Assembly: GCA_041659505.1 (NCBI GenBank)
Contig: JBAZYF010000001.1
Span: 35,654 to 99,653 of the forward strand
DNA: 64,000 nt
Direction: 5' to 3'
Source of the DNA: Parcubacteria group bacterium
GTDB taxonomy: Bacteria; Patescibacteriota; Minisyncoccia; Moranbacterales; UBA2206
Shown here: in pieces, positions 1 through 9,581 of the stretch
How positions within the stretch are numbered: position 1 is the first letter of the stretch
How the letters are laid out: every line of letters starts with the position of its first letter
Notes under the pieces: generated by a model
The model's database searches: none
The model's input: only the letters and a program-made list of their open reading frames with translations
What the model was told of the DNA's origin: nothing
Made by a program: the position numbers and the translations under genes

Positions 1-245
1 CCGACTACCGTTGCCAATACTGCCAACACTACGATGATCTGTTTTCTCATGATACTGCCTCCTTATGGGTTTTGAGTGTTTTTTATTGTAAACTTTTCCA
101 ACCACCAACCCCGAAACCAGCTGATTTGGCTAACTTTGGTGTTGGTGGCTAGAATTTTGTCAAAGAGCACTATTTCAAAATATACTACAACTTCTAACCA
201 TTTTTTGCAAATCATTCCTCAACTGGAACTTACCTACTATTTGCA

Positions 246-899
246 CTACCTTATCTCATGATAATGATCCAACGCGCGATATTCTGGCTCTTCTTTTCCG
301 AAAAAATAGAGATAACCGACTGTTCCGATTAGTCCCATTACAAATCCGATGAGAATATTCAAGGGGATATTCGGCGTGGCAGGATTTTGCGTCGTAACCG
401 GTCCGTCAATGACACTAATCACAATCTTATCTCCACCTCCATGATACTTCTGATTGTTGGTAGCCAGATTGCTCGCAATCGCTTGTGCCACTTTTTCCGC
501 TTCTTTTCTCGAAGGATCGAAAACGGAAATTTCAATAATTCCAGTATTGTTCACTTTTTTGACACTGACTTCTTTTTCCCATTCCTTTTTACGATCTTCC
601 TTATTGGTCGAATAAACATTCTTCACTCCGACCGGAGACTGCAATACATCATCAATAAAAGAATCAGTAAAGATGATTTTGGAAAAAATATCACTAAGAT
701 ATTCTGCCGACTTGGCAGCTGAGAAAGCGTCCACCTTATCTTCTGGTTGTTTTTGGACGACCAAGACACTGATGTCAGAGCGATATTTAGGTTTGATAAT
801 CGTGGAAATTGTAAACACACAAGCCGCCACGACAAAGGAAACCACGAAGATAACTTTCAGTTTTTGCTTGATGATTTTCCAAAAATTCTCTTGATTCAT
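246..899 (-). CDS. Wzz/CapA-like polysaccharide chain-length regulator
   Basis: N- and C-terminal TM helices, P-K-Y-x-S motif after TM1, Pro-rich segment before TM2. Confidence 0.8.
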   Translation of the reverse strand: MNQENFWKIIKQKLKVIFVVSFVVAACVFTISTIIKPKYRSDISVLVVQKQPEDKVDAFSAAKSAEYLSDIFSKIIFTDSFIDDVLQSPVGVKNVYSTNKEDRKKEWEKEVSVKKVNNTGIIEISVFDPSRKEAEKVAQAIASNLATNNQKYHGGGDKIVISVIDGPVTTQNPATPNIPLNILIGFVMGLIGTVGYLYFFGKEEPEYRALDHYHEIR

Positions 900-963
900 A
901 ATATTTTCCTCGAATTATTACCTTAAATTCATAACCTAATATATTAGCAGAAATTCGTCCACT

Positions 964-1007
964 TGTCAATGGAAATCTACCGCTAGCCCACTTTTAGCCT
1001 AAATAAG
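964..1007 (-). promoter_or_regulatory. sigma70-type promoter -35 (TTGACA) with upstream CTTATTTAGGC motif
   Basis: tgtcaa at 964-969; motif at 997-1007, 27 nt away. Confidence 0.6.
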
Positions 1008-1305
1008 GCCTATTTTGCCAATATTTTTAGGACTTTTATTCTTCCCAGGAACCAGACGACTACCTAGGAAAAAATCCCAGATAAACGCCTAAGTCCTATG
1101 TGGCACAGACCCAAAAATGATTAGAGCCCCGAAGAATAGATATTCCCGGGGCCCATATAATCCAAGAGGACGTTTCAAGTTTCGTCCAATCATTTCAGCA
1201 ATTCATTCAATGCTAATTGTCGTAAGCACTGTGAACGCTAGGTCACCTAATCGGCAACGAAATAATCAATGAAACTTAAAAGTTCTCTATTTGTTATCGT
1301 AAAAA

Positions 1306-2724
1306 CTACCTACCACCGCTTTGGCTGCCAAGGCTAGCCAGCACGATGTCCATCCGATCGTCAGGAGTGAACGGGTTGTTGTCAGACTGAGTTTCAACGA
1401 TCACAGTTGCGGGAGTATTCCCCTGATCCTGTTGACTGCCGAGACTAGCCATTACCTGATCCATTCTGTCATCAGGAGAATACGATTTTTTACTCAACGT
1501 CTCCTGGGACTGGATTTGATCAGTGGTGGTGGATGCGGTTATCGCAACACCATCTTCAACCACCGGATTAAATCCACTGGCCAAATGATTTCCATACAAG
1601 GCATTGATAGGTTCCTTGCTGGATAACCCAATGCCAACGCCGACACGCCCATCTGTGCTAGCATGGACTTCGGCAATAAGCGTTCCAATTGGAGTCCGCT
1701 GGCGAAGTTCTGACTTCGCCGCACCGGCGCCCATATTACTATGGACCCCTGCTCCAATAAGATTTCTCCATCGGAGATTTTCTGTTAATTGTTTTTCCAA
1801 GCCGATCCAAACATCCAAGGACGTTTGGTCGATCGGAGCGGATCCATTATTGGTAGATTGACCGATTCCTGTCCAGAAATCAGCAATCCCAATTGCCACT
1901 AGGTCAGGTTGGAGCTTATATTGAACTTCACCATAGGCACCAACACCTGCGCCATTTTGGCGAGTTATTGATTCAACCTTCTTGGTTCGTTGACTTTTTC
2001 CGGTCTCCTGGTAGCCAGCTCGGATTTTGAGCTGTTCATACCAAGGCCCCTCTGCATACGTAATACCTGCTTCCGGTGCGATTTTAGCATCGTAACCATC
2101 GGAAGGCGAATGACTCATGTTCCAGGTGGAAAAATTACCGAGAATTCCAAGCCCCAATGAAGTTGGGCTTGCCTGCTCTTTCTGCCAATACATAAACTCG
2201 CCAGTAATTCCCGAGCTTACAACTTGATTTTGCGAACCTGGCTTTTTCAAGTTGAACGTCGCCTTGCCAAGTGCCTCAAGCGCTGAAATACTATTACCAG
2301 AAGCAACCGCATTGTCACTGCTTTTGACGGTCGTTCTTTCTTTTTCATCAGTCTCAGTTGATACAGATGATGAAAGTCCATCCGTAATCAGATTAGAAGA
2401 CGTTGCCGTTACGTTTTTTGTATCAGTTGCAGAAACTTCAGCATTACTCGGCTGAGTACTGCCCTGGTAACTATTGACTTCAACGACCACGTTTTTTTGA
2501 CGACGCACGGGAATCATAAGTTTTTGACCCGGGTAAATTGTATTGGATTTAAGTCCGTTGACTTTCTTGATTTCCTGCCAACGAACACCCTTTTCTCTGC
2601 CAACCACTGAAAGGCAGTCCCCTTTTTTTACCACAATATATTCTTTAACATATTCTTCGGCGCTACAAATTGCTGCGCTAAAGATAATTGTGGCAGAAAG
2701 GATTAACGCTGCGAATTTTTTCAT
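1306..2724 (-). CDS. Secreted LysM-domain protein with beta-rich central region
   Basis: Signal peptide; YIVVKKGDCLS...VNGLKSNTIYPGQKLMIP LysM; SD AAGGAGG. Confidence 0.8.
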   Translation of the reverse strand: MKKFAALILSATIIFSAAICSAEEYVKEYIVVKKGDCLSVVGREKGVRWQEIKKVNGLKSNTIYPGQKLMIPVRRQKNVVVEVNSYQGSTQPSNAEVSATDTKNVTATSSNLITDGLSSSVSTETDEKERTTVKSSDNAVASGNSISALEALGKATFNLKKPGSQNQVVSSGITGEFMYWQKEQASPTSLGLGILGNFSTWNMSHSPSDGYDAKIAPEAGITYAEGPWYEQLKIRAGYQETGKSQRTKKVESITRQNGAGVGAYGEVQYKLQPDLVAIGIADFWTGIGQSTNNGSAPIDQTSLDVWIGLEKQLTENLRWRNLIGAGVHSNMGAGAAKSELRQRTPIGTLIAEVHASTDGRVGVGIGLSSKEPINALYGNHLASGFNPVVEDGVAITASTTTDQIQSQETLSKKSYSPDDRMDQVMASLGSQQDQGNTPATVIVETQSDNNPFTPDDRMDIVLASLGSQSGGR

Positions 2725-2725
2725 G

Positions 2726-3661
2726 TCATCCTCCTTGCTGTAACTGATTTATGATAATCATCCTCTCGATTTCCGAGAGATATTTATTGACGAATAACAT
2801 ATCCTGTCTATTGATGCTCCCGCCCATGCTCCAGGCGATGGGTTTTTTTTCGCTTGCTCGATATAAATCAAAGAAAGCGGAAATACCCATTGAATATAAG
2901 TCGGGGGAAATATAAAACTCCCCCTCCTTTATCCATCGTTGAAAGAAGGTGTCTCCAGGGTTTATTCTGGCCACTTCTTTCATATCAGCAGTTGAGAGTG
3001 GACTAAAAAACTTCCAGCCCTCGGGAGTTGTGTATGGCCTCCACTTTTTCACACTCGCGTAAAAATGTTCCGCCACGGGAAGTTTGGACAACTCAGTCCC
3101 ATGCTTTGCAATAATTTCTTTTCGGAACTGAAAATCCTTTTTAAACCTTTCCCAGTCAAGCGGAAAGCCATTCTTTTCTCTCCCAAGCAGATTGAAGCCA
3201 AACTCCTGCATCGTGGAAAAAGCAATTGCCATTCCTTCTTCGATGCTTTTGCTATAGACAAGCGTCGAATACATTGCGACCTCGGTTTTTCCATCTGATC
3301 TTCTGATTAATTCACCCCAAGGGGTGAATATAATTTGAAGTTCATGCTCTCCGCCTTTTTTGTCGATTATCCAGCCAAACCAAGTGGTACGGCCCGGAGA
3401 CATTTCGGCTTTCAAGCCTTCTGGAAAAATTCCGGTCTTAGCCACGAAAGCTTCTCCTTCGATATCGACTCCGTCGACATTGTACACGCCAATGAAATAT
3501 GGTGGCGACCTTTTTATCTCAATCTCACTTTGCCCCTGACCAGTCACCTCATCTATTGGGGAATTAATTTTAATTCTGTTCTGCGAACAACTCGCAAGAG
3601 TCGCAATCGCTACCATAACCAACAAAACCTGAATAAAACTCTTACTTTTTATCATGATCAA
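2726..3661 (-). CDS. Hypothetical lipoprotein
   Basis: Lipobox LASC after hydrophobic stretch; SD GGAGG; 1 nt from the LysM gene. Confidence 0.7.
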   Translation of the reverse strand: MIMIKSKSFIQVLLVMVAIATLASCSQNRIKINSPIDEVTGQGQSEIEIKRSPPYFIGVYNVDGVDIEGEAFVAKTGIFPEGLKAEMSPGRTTWFGWIIDKKGGEHELQIIFTPWGELIRRSDGKTEVAMYSTLVYSKSIEEGMAIAFSTMQEFGFNLLGREKNGFPLDWERFKKDFQFRKEIIAKHGTELSKLPVAEHFYASVKKWRPYTTPEGWKFFSPLSTADMKEVARINPGDTFFQRWIKEGEFYISPDLYSMGISAFFDLYRASEKKPIAWSMGGSINRQDMLFVNKYLSEIERMIIINQLQQGG

Positions 3662-3839
3662 TCCTCCTCCGAAATATTGTTTTTGGATCAGAATTGATCC
3701 TATTTTTTTCTAACTATTTGGTTGTCAATGGACAATCCATAACAACCTCATGCCAATCCCGAAGTGTTCTGGACTGAATAAAAGATTGCTATTTGGACTT
3801 TTAAGATTAACATAGAACTCTAACAGAAAATTAGGCTTT

Positions 3840-3883
3840 TGTCAATCGTAATTGCCACGAAACCCATTTTATGCCTAAACAAG
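3840..3883 (-). promoter_or_regulatory. Promoter -35 TTGACA with upstream CTTGTTTAGGC motif
   Basis: tgtcaa 3840-3845; motif 3873-3883, 27 nt away. Confidence 0.6.
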
Positions 3884-3961
3884 CCTTAATTAGCTAAAGC
3901 TTACCAGACTTTTTTAAAAATAGCCAAAATCTTCGCCAGGCCGGAAAAATGCCCAAAAAAG

Positions 3962-3998
3962 AAAAGCGCCCGCTCGGAAATGATATCCGAACGGGTGT
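3962..3998 (-). terminator. Intrinsic terminator
   Basis: gcgcccgctcgga...tccgaacgggtgt hairpin preceded by an A-run (U-run on minus strand). Confidence 0.65.
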
Positions 3999-4033
3999 TG
4001 ATTGTTTAAATTCTACACAAAACTTGAAAACAT

Positions 4034-4645
4034 TTAGGAAGTAACAAAATGTTCCGCGTATTTATATGGATTGAAAATATAAGTATTTTCTTCCACTATT
4101 CCGCTTATAAGCTTTGCTCCGTGAAAAAAACTAAACACTCTGTCACTTTTTAACTGCAAGTGGGGAAATCCCGCCATAACCAATAGAGCGTTTAATCTTT
4201 TTTGCAGATCGGTACAAAAACGTATATGCGCAATATAGGCCATATGCACAACCTCTTGGATAGTATGCTTATGTTTCTTCGCCATCCCACAAGGAAAGTG
4301 AGTCGCAAGACAAAGCGTTTTTGTTTCCTTAGCTTCAAACAAGTTGGCAATGCTATAGAGAGCACTGTCCTCATGAAACTGCTCAAATCCACCAAAAAGT
4401 CCCGGGCAAAAATTGAGAGGTCCTCCCGGAGGTCCAGCTCCATGAATCCGCTCATTAAACTTCCTCAGATAGTCCAGAAGCTCAATATCCCCATCGGGAC
4501 AGTGATTCCAGACTCCACCATTGTTGGTAAAACCCAGCAATTCTTCTATGGAAAAAGCTTGTAGAACTTGAAACGCTTTCAACTGTTGAGTGTAAGCGTT
4601 ATCCTCCTCGGACATATAACTTTTCTTCTTAGTCAAGCTTGTCAT
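4034..4645 (-). CDS. Hypothetical protein with beta-carbonic-anhydrase-like Zn motifs
   Basis: CPDG and HFPCG motifs; start moved to ATG 4645 behind AAGGAG. Confidence 0.5.
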   Translation of the reverse strand: MTSLTKKKSYMSEEDNAYTQQLKAFQVLQAFSIEELLGFTNNGGVWNHCPDGDIELLDYLRKFNERIHGAGPPGGPLNFCPGLFGGFEQFHEDSALYSIANLFEAKETKTLCLATHFPCGMAKKHKHTIQEVVHMAYIAHIRFCTDLQKRLNALLVMAGFPHLQLKSDRVFSFFHGAKLISGIVEENTYIFNPYKYAEHFVTS

Positions 4646-4771
4646 AGCACTCCTTCTTCCCAATCATTAAAAGAACCAAAAGCCCGCCCATTGCAGGCTC
4701 CTCGAAGAACAACTAACCTTTATATACCTAAAATATGAAATAGTCAAGACTAAAAAAATCTCCATCACTTC

Positions 4772-6346
4772 CTAAAGATCATTTCCTGAATAGGACAGAT
4801 TGAAACTCTTGTTGATGAGAGGAAAATCCGGCACAATATTGCCTTTTCCGGCGTGACCTACGACCGTCCAGTTAATAAAAGATGGATCGCGCACATCCAC
4901 GCGCGTAATTTGACCATCTGAGTCCGTCACGACAAAATAGACAATCTCGCCCCTCCAGCCTTCACTGATCCCGAGGGCAAAACTGTTTTTTCGCAAAATC
5001 GCCGTTTTGGGATTTACCAGCTCCCCTGGCGCTTCGGCCAATTTTTCCAAAGCTTGTTTTAGAATTTCAAATGAAACGAAAACTTCCTTTATCCGCACAT
5101 GAAGCCGTGCAAAAACATCGCCCTCTTTTTCCAGCGCAATGCCAAAATTCAATTCCGGATAAGCGGCATGGGGATATTCGATCCTGGCATCATGGGCAAT
5201 GCCCAGTGCTCTGCCGGCTACGCCGACAACTCCATGATCAAGCGCTAATTGGCGATCGAGCCGACCAGTACTTTGCAAACGGTTGAGGAGCGTACTACTG
5301 TCATCGGAAATCTCAATCACTTCCGCAAAATCTTTTTTTATTTTCAAAAGTTTTTCTTGTAATTGTTTTCCCGCTTCCGCAGAAATATCTTTCGTTACCC
5401 CGCCAATCACATTCACTCCGCGCAAAAATCGACTGCCGGTCAAACTTTCATTCAGTTGCATGATCATTTCGCGCAGACGACCACCATTGCTTCCGCCAAA
5501 ACTGAATCCGGTATCGAGCATAATAAACCCGATGTCATTAAAATGATTTGCCAGCCGTTCCAATTCAGAAAAAATCACTCGCAGATATTTTGCTCGCGCG
5601 GAGACTTTAGTTTCGGCCAGATTTTCAATCGCCTGGCAAAAAGCCAAACTGTGCGTGAAAGAAGTGTCTCCGGAAACTCTTTCTGACAGGCGCACTTTTT
5701 CCGCCAAGGGCAATGTTTCAAAAAGTTTTTCAATTCCCTTATGCTTATAGCCCAGTTTCGGCTCCAAAAGAACCACTTCCTCTCCCACCACGCTAAAACG
5801 AAAATGTCCCGGTTCGATAATTCCGGCATGCACCGGACCGACGGGAATTTCATAGATTCCCTCCCCCTTTACTTTCAAAAATTCATAAGTTCCAGTCGCT
5901 TGGGCAGGACGTTCTTGCCAATTAAAATCTTTCCGTAAAGGAAAAACTCCCGCCGGCCAATTTTCATGCAAAAGCATCCCTCGCGCATTAGGATGGCCGA
6001 GTGGTTCAAGACCAAAAAAACTTTTTATCCGCCGTTCATAGCCGGACGCTTCATGAATTGCTTTGGTGATCGAAGGAAAGCCTTTGCCGTCTTGGATGGT
6101 AATGTAGGGCGTCAAAAAAACATTTTCCCCTGGCACGCCAAAAACATAGAAGATGCGAAAACCGATTCCCGCTTTTCTCTCATCCGTCGCCGTGATAGTT
6201 TTCAGTTGCAACTTGTGGTCAAAATACAACTCATTACAAACAGTCAAAAGTTCCGCGGTCGGGACAGCATAAGTCAAAACATTGCCATCCTGCTTGACGG
6301 AAAAACTTTTGGGAATATATTTTTCTTGGATTTCGCTTTGATTCAT
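4772..6346 (-). CDS. Ehr large subunit (HyfG/HycE-like NuoCD fusion), no NiFe ligands
   Basis: GPVHAGIIEPGHFRF, GYKHKGIEK; RVSGD replaces RxCGxC; C-term SFNLSYSGNDL replaces DPCxxC. Confidence 0.9.
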   Translation of the reverse strand: MNQSEIQEKYIPKSFSVKQDGNVLTYAVPTAELLTVCNELYFDHKLQLKTITATDERKAGIGFRIFYVFGVPGENVFLTPYITIQDGKGFPSITKAIHEASGYERRIKSFFGLEPLGHPNARGMLLHENWPAGVFPLRKDFNWQERPAQATGTYEFLKVKGEGIYEIPVGPVHAGIIEPGHFRFSVVGEEVVLLEPKLGYKHKGIEKLFETLPLAEKVRLSERVSGDTSFTHSLAFCQAIENLAETKVSARAKYLRVIFSELERLANHFNDIGFIMLDTGFSFGGSNGGRLREMIMQLNESLTGSRFLRGVNVIGGVTKDISAEAGKQLQEKLLKIKKDFAEVIEISDDSSTLLNRLQSTGRLDRQLALDHGVVGVAGRALGIAHDARIEYPHAAYPELNFGIALEKEGDVFARLHVRIKEVFVSFEILKQALEKLAEAPGELVNPKTAILRKNSFALGISEGWRGEIVYFVVTDSDGQITRVDVRDPSFINWTVVGHAGKGNIVPDFPLINKSFNLSYSGNDL

Positions 6347-6353
6347 ATTAGTT

Positions 6354-6533
6354 AGGAGTTACACGTTTCCCCTCACAGCCGTATTTTCTAAAAAAATAAC
6401 TCGAACGCCCTTTTTTTCTTTTCAAATTTTTCCCTCTATCAACGGCAACCAGTGGAAAATTTTGAAGAAAAAAGGCATTCTCAGGCACGTTTTTTTAGAA
6501 AATACGGCTGACTCGGGCAAACACGTAAGTCAT
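6354..6533. mobile_element. 180-bp MITE-like inverted-repeat element, copy 1
   Basis: Long imperfect palindrome; reverse-complement copy at 26681-26860; ends resemble AGGACTTACG. Confidence 0.75.
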
Positions 6534-6534
6534 A

Positions 6535-7980
6535 TTAGTAGACTAAACTGGCACTAGTTATTAGGGAATTTATTGTTGCAGGGATAAAAATACTCAAATA
6601 AACTAGAAGAACCACCAAGATGAGCACCGGAAAAATTGTCCAAACGCCAGACTCGCCAACCGGAACATTCTCTTCATTTTCCCCAAAAATCATCGCGACC
6701 ACATGGCGGAGGAAACCGACAAAGATCAATGCCAGCGCCAAGAGCGCAATAATTGTGACGGCAGGATGACTGCTGATCCCAGCGGACAGAATCGAAAATT
6801 CGGTGACAAAAATTCCAAACGGTGGCATACCAGTGATGGCCAAAAAGCCAATAAGAAACAAAATGCTCGTAACCGGCAAGACTTTGAGGACGCCTTTCAC
6901 TTTAGCAATTTTAGTGGAGCTATATTTCAAAAAGATATTGCCCGCTGACAAAAACAAAATTGATTTGGCCAAGGAGTGATAGATCATATGCAAGATTGCC
7001 GCGAAAATTCCCACACCACCAAATCCAAACCCTAGTGCCATCACGCCCATATGTTCGATGCTGGAATAGGCCAAGAGTCGTTTGTAATTTTTTTGGATGA
7101 AAATGATCGCAGCCGCGACAATAATTGAAATGATACCGAAAAAAATGAGCATCTGGGAAGAAAAATTTGCTCCCACAGCAAGATCCACAATCACTTTGAA
7201 CCGCAAGATTGCCAGAAATGCCACATTGAGGAGCACGCCAGAAAGCAAACTGCTAATTGGCACCGGTGCCTTGCTGTGGGCATCGGGTAGCCAAGTATGC
7301 ATCGGCACAAACCCGACCTTCGTTCCATAGCCAATCAGGATAAAGATAAAAGCAATCTTGGCAACAAACGGATCAAGACCAGAGGCGTTGACTAGTAGCG
7401 CATGCCAATTGACCAGGCCGTGATTTCCCGCCGCGAAAGAAGGGTAGAGAAAAATCAAAGTGCCAAAAAAAGCTAGTAAAAGTCCGACCGAGTTAACAAT
7501 CAAATATTTCCAAGCCGCTTCCATCGCCGATGGCTTGTTATAAAAACTGATCAAAAATGCCGTGGAAAGAGTAGTCGCTTCGATCATTACCCACATCAGG
7601 ATCGGATTGGTCGTGCTGATGGCAAAAAACATCGCAAGCAGAAATAGGTGCAAAAGGATGAAATATTCTCGCACCCGATGAAATCCGATAATGCCTTTTT
7701 TCACCTCCACTTGCAAATAGCCCGTAGAATACCAAGAAGCTACAAATCCGATGATCGCCACCAAAAGAAGCAGGATTGCTCCTAATGGATCGATGGAAAG
7801 ATAGGGTGTCCAAGCATAACTACCCTTTTGCGCCACGACCGACACCACAATCAGCGCTGAAATAAGCTCAATGGAAGAAGCCAAAATTGCAATCGTATTT
7901 AGCGGTTGAATCTTTTTCCTGACCAAAAAAGACAAGCCGGAAGCAATGAAAGGAATAAAGATGATAAGAAATAGAGCCAT
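6535..7980 (-). CDS. hyfF: HyfF-like antiporter-type membrane subunit
   Basis: EAAWKY, KVGFVPMHTWLPDAHSKAP, KRLLAYSSIEH. Confidence 0.88.
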   Translation of the reverse strand: MALFLIIFIPFIASGLSFLVRKKIQPLNTIAILASSIELISALIVVSVVAQKGSYAWTPYLSIDPLGAILLLLVAIIGFVASWYSTGYLQVEVKKGIIGFHRVREYFILLHLFLLAMFFAISTTNPILMWVMIEATTLSTAFLISFYNKPSAMEAAWKYLIVNSVGLLLAFFGTLIFLYPSFAAGNHGLVNWHALLVNASGLDPFVAKIAFIFILIGYGTKVGFVPMHTWLPDAHSKAPVPISSLLSGVLLNVAFLAILRFKVIVDLAVGANFSSQMLIFFGIISIIVAAAIIFIQKNYKRLLAYSSIEHMGVMALGFGFGGVGIFAAILHMIYHSLAKSILFLSAGNIFLKYSSTKIAKVKGVLKVLPVTSILFLIGFLAITGMPPFGIFVTEFSILSAGISSHPAVTIIALLALALIFVGFLRHVVAMIFGENEENVPVGESGVWTIFPVLILVVLLVYLSIFIPATINSLITSASLVY

Positions 7981-7984
7981 AAAA

Positions 7985-8644
7985 TTAATCTTCTTTTAGG
8001 TGAGACATCTTAGTTACATCAAGCGTCTCCATCTGCTTATAAATCATCGAGGTGAAGGTTGCCGAAATCATTATCCAAACTGCGATATCAAAAATTATGC
8101 CCAATTCCAATCCAGGTGTCTGTTCCAGTCCGGACATTATGGCAAAAGAAACAATGCCATTTTCCAAGGACAGCACTCCAATCGCCTGAGACAGGGCACC
8201 TTTGCGATTAATCAAAAGGAAAATTGATCCCAGAATTGTCGCGATGGAAAGTAGCATCGCATTAGAATTCTCTGGAGCGATTACAGTCAAGGGAGCAAAA
8301 AAACGCGAATAAGTCACTGCTGTTATCACCGCTAGAATAATCAAAGTCAAAGGACCATTGAGATAGGTGCTAGCGGAAAATTTTATATGATTTTTCTTGA
8401 TCAGCTTTCTGAAAAAATGAGGAGCAATGATTACTTTAACAACAAACATGAGAATCGCCACCAAAAAAATCAGCCAAGAGAAATCAGCCAGCGCGGCGCT
8501 AATGAAAAAAACAAAAATAACTAAAGACTGAACGAGGTATAGCGCCACGACAGAAGTACTTTTCTTGGCCAGATGCATAAAAATGACTGAGGCAAAAATC
8601 AGAATTTCTAAGAAAAATAGAATTTGTGGTGTAAGAGGAAACAT
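7985..8644 (-). CDS. hyfE: HyfE-like membrane subunit
   Basis: Multi-TM, LENG motif, position in hyf order. Confidence 0.8.
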   Translation of the reverse strand: MFPLTPQILFFLEILIFASVIFMHLAKKSTSVVALYLVQSLVIFVFFISAALADFSWLIFLVAILMFVVKVIIAPHFFRKLIKKNHIKFSASTYLNGPLTLIILAVITAVTYSRFFAPLTVIAPENSNAMLLSIATILGSIFLLINRKGALSQAIGVLSLENGIVSFAIMSGLEQTPGLELGIIFDIAVWIMISATFTSMIYKQMETLDVTKMSHLKED

Positions 8645-8648
8645 AAGT

Positions 8649-9575
8649 TTAAGCGATTAAAATAATAGCGATTACTCCCAGGATGAATGAGGTGAACAGG
8701 AGATCAGGCAGGCGGAAAAATCTAAACTTAGCGATACTTGATTCCAGCGTTGCCACAAAAAGACAAAGCAGCAGGGTCTTGATCAAAAACAACATTAGTG
8801 CGATAAAAAGAGCTGCTCCAGAAAAAGACGTCGCCAATCCCCAAGGGAAAAATAGATTAGCACCAAGGGAAAGAAAAATCAGAAATTTATTCGCCGCTGC
8901 CCACTCAATAAGCGCCAAACGTTTGCCGGAATATTCCAAAATCATCGCCTCATGGATCATGGTCAGTTCCAGATGCGTCGAGGGATTGTCGAAAGGAAAA
9001 CGCGCCGTCTCGGCGAGCATCGCAATGACATAGGCCAAAAAAGCCAGCGCCACAGGTGCAAAAAGACCCAGTGGTAGCTGCGAAACAGCGCTCGTGATTG
9101 AAAATAGATTGGTCGAATGAGCCACCAATGCCAGTGCCAACAGTGAAAAAATCAACCCGCCTTCGGTGAGCGCCGCTACGGTCATTTCCCGACTTGATCC
9201 AAAACCACCAAATGCTCCACCCGTATCCATCCCGGCCAGGGCGAGAAAAAAAGTGCTCAGCGCGATCAAATACACGATCGTCAGAAAATCACCAATGATG
9301 TTTCCTGGGAACAGTCCGGTAAAAAATGGGATACTCGCCCCGACCACGAGCGTCACAGCAAAAATCAGATAAGGCGCAAAACGAAAGATCCAAGAAGCAT
9401 CCTCGCTGATGATTTCATCTTTGTGGAATAACTTCCAGAGATCTTGATAGGGCTGGAAAACACTTGCGCCGAGCCTGTTTTGAAAACGCGCTTTTATCTT
9501 TCTGGTCACGCCGATAAAAAGCGGCGAGAGCGCTGGAACTAAGATTAATTGAATTGCAATAAATAGCACTGACAT
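8649..9575 (-). CDS. hyfC: HyfC/HycD (NuoH-like) membrane subunit
   Basis: QPYQDLWKLFHK, GSSRE, ETARFPFDNPSTHLELTMIHEAMILEYSG. Confidence 0.9.
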   Translation of the reverse strand: MSVLFIAIQLILVPALSPLFIGVTRKIKARFQNRLGASVFQPYQDLWKLFHKDEIISEDASWIFRFAPYLIFAVTLVVGASIPFFTGLFPGNIIGDFLTIVYLIALSTFFLALAGMDTGGAFGGFGSSREMTVAALTEGGLIFSLLALALVAHSTNLFSITSAVSQLPLGLFAPVALAFLAYVIAMLAETARFPFDNPSTHLELTMIHEAMILEYSGKRLALIEWAAANKFLIFLSLGANLFFPWGLATSFSGAALFIALMLFLIKTLLLCLFVATLESSIAKFRFFRLPDLLFTSFILGVIAIILIA

Positions 9576-9581
9576 AAATTT

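Noticed and set aside
1030-1305. Possible ncRNA in the long gap after the LysM gene
   Set aside because: Several hairpins but no second copy or recognisable family
4772-6346. Functional [NiFe] hydrogenase
   Set aside because: All four NiFe cysteines absent; no maturation genes in the window
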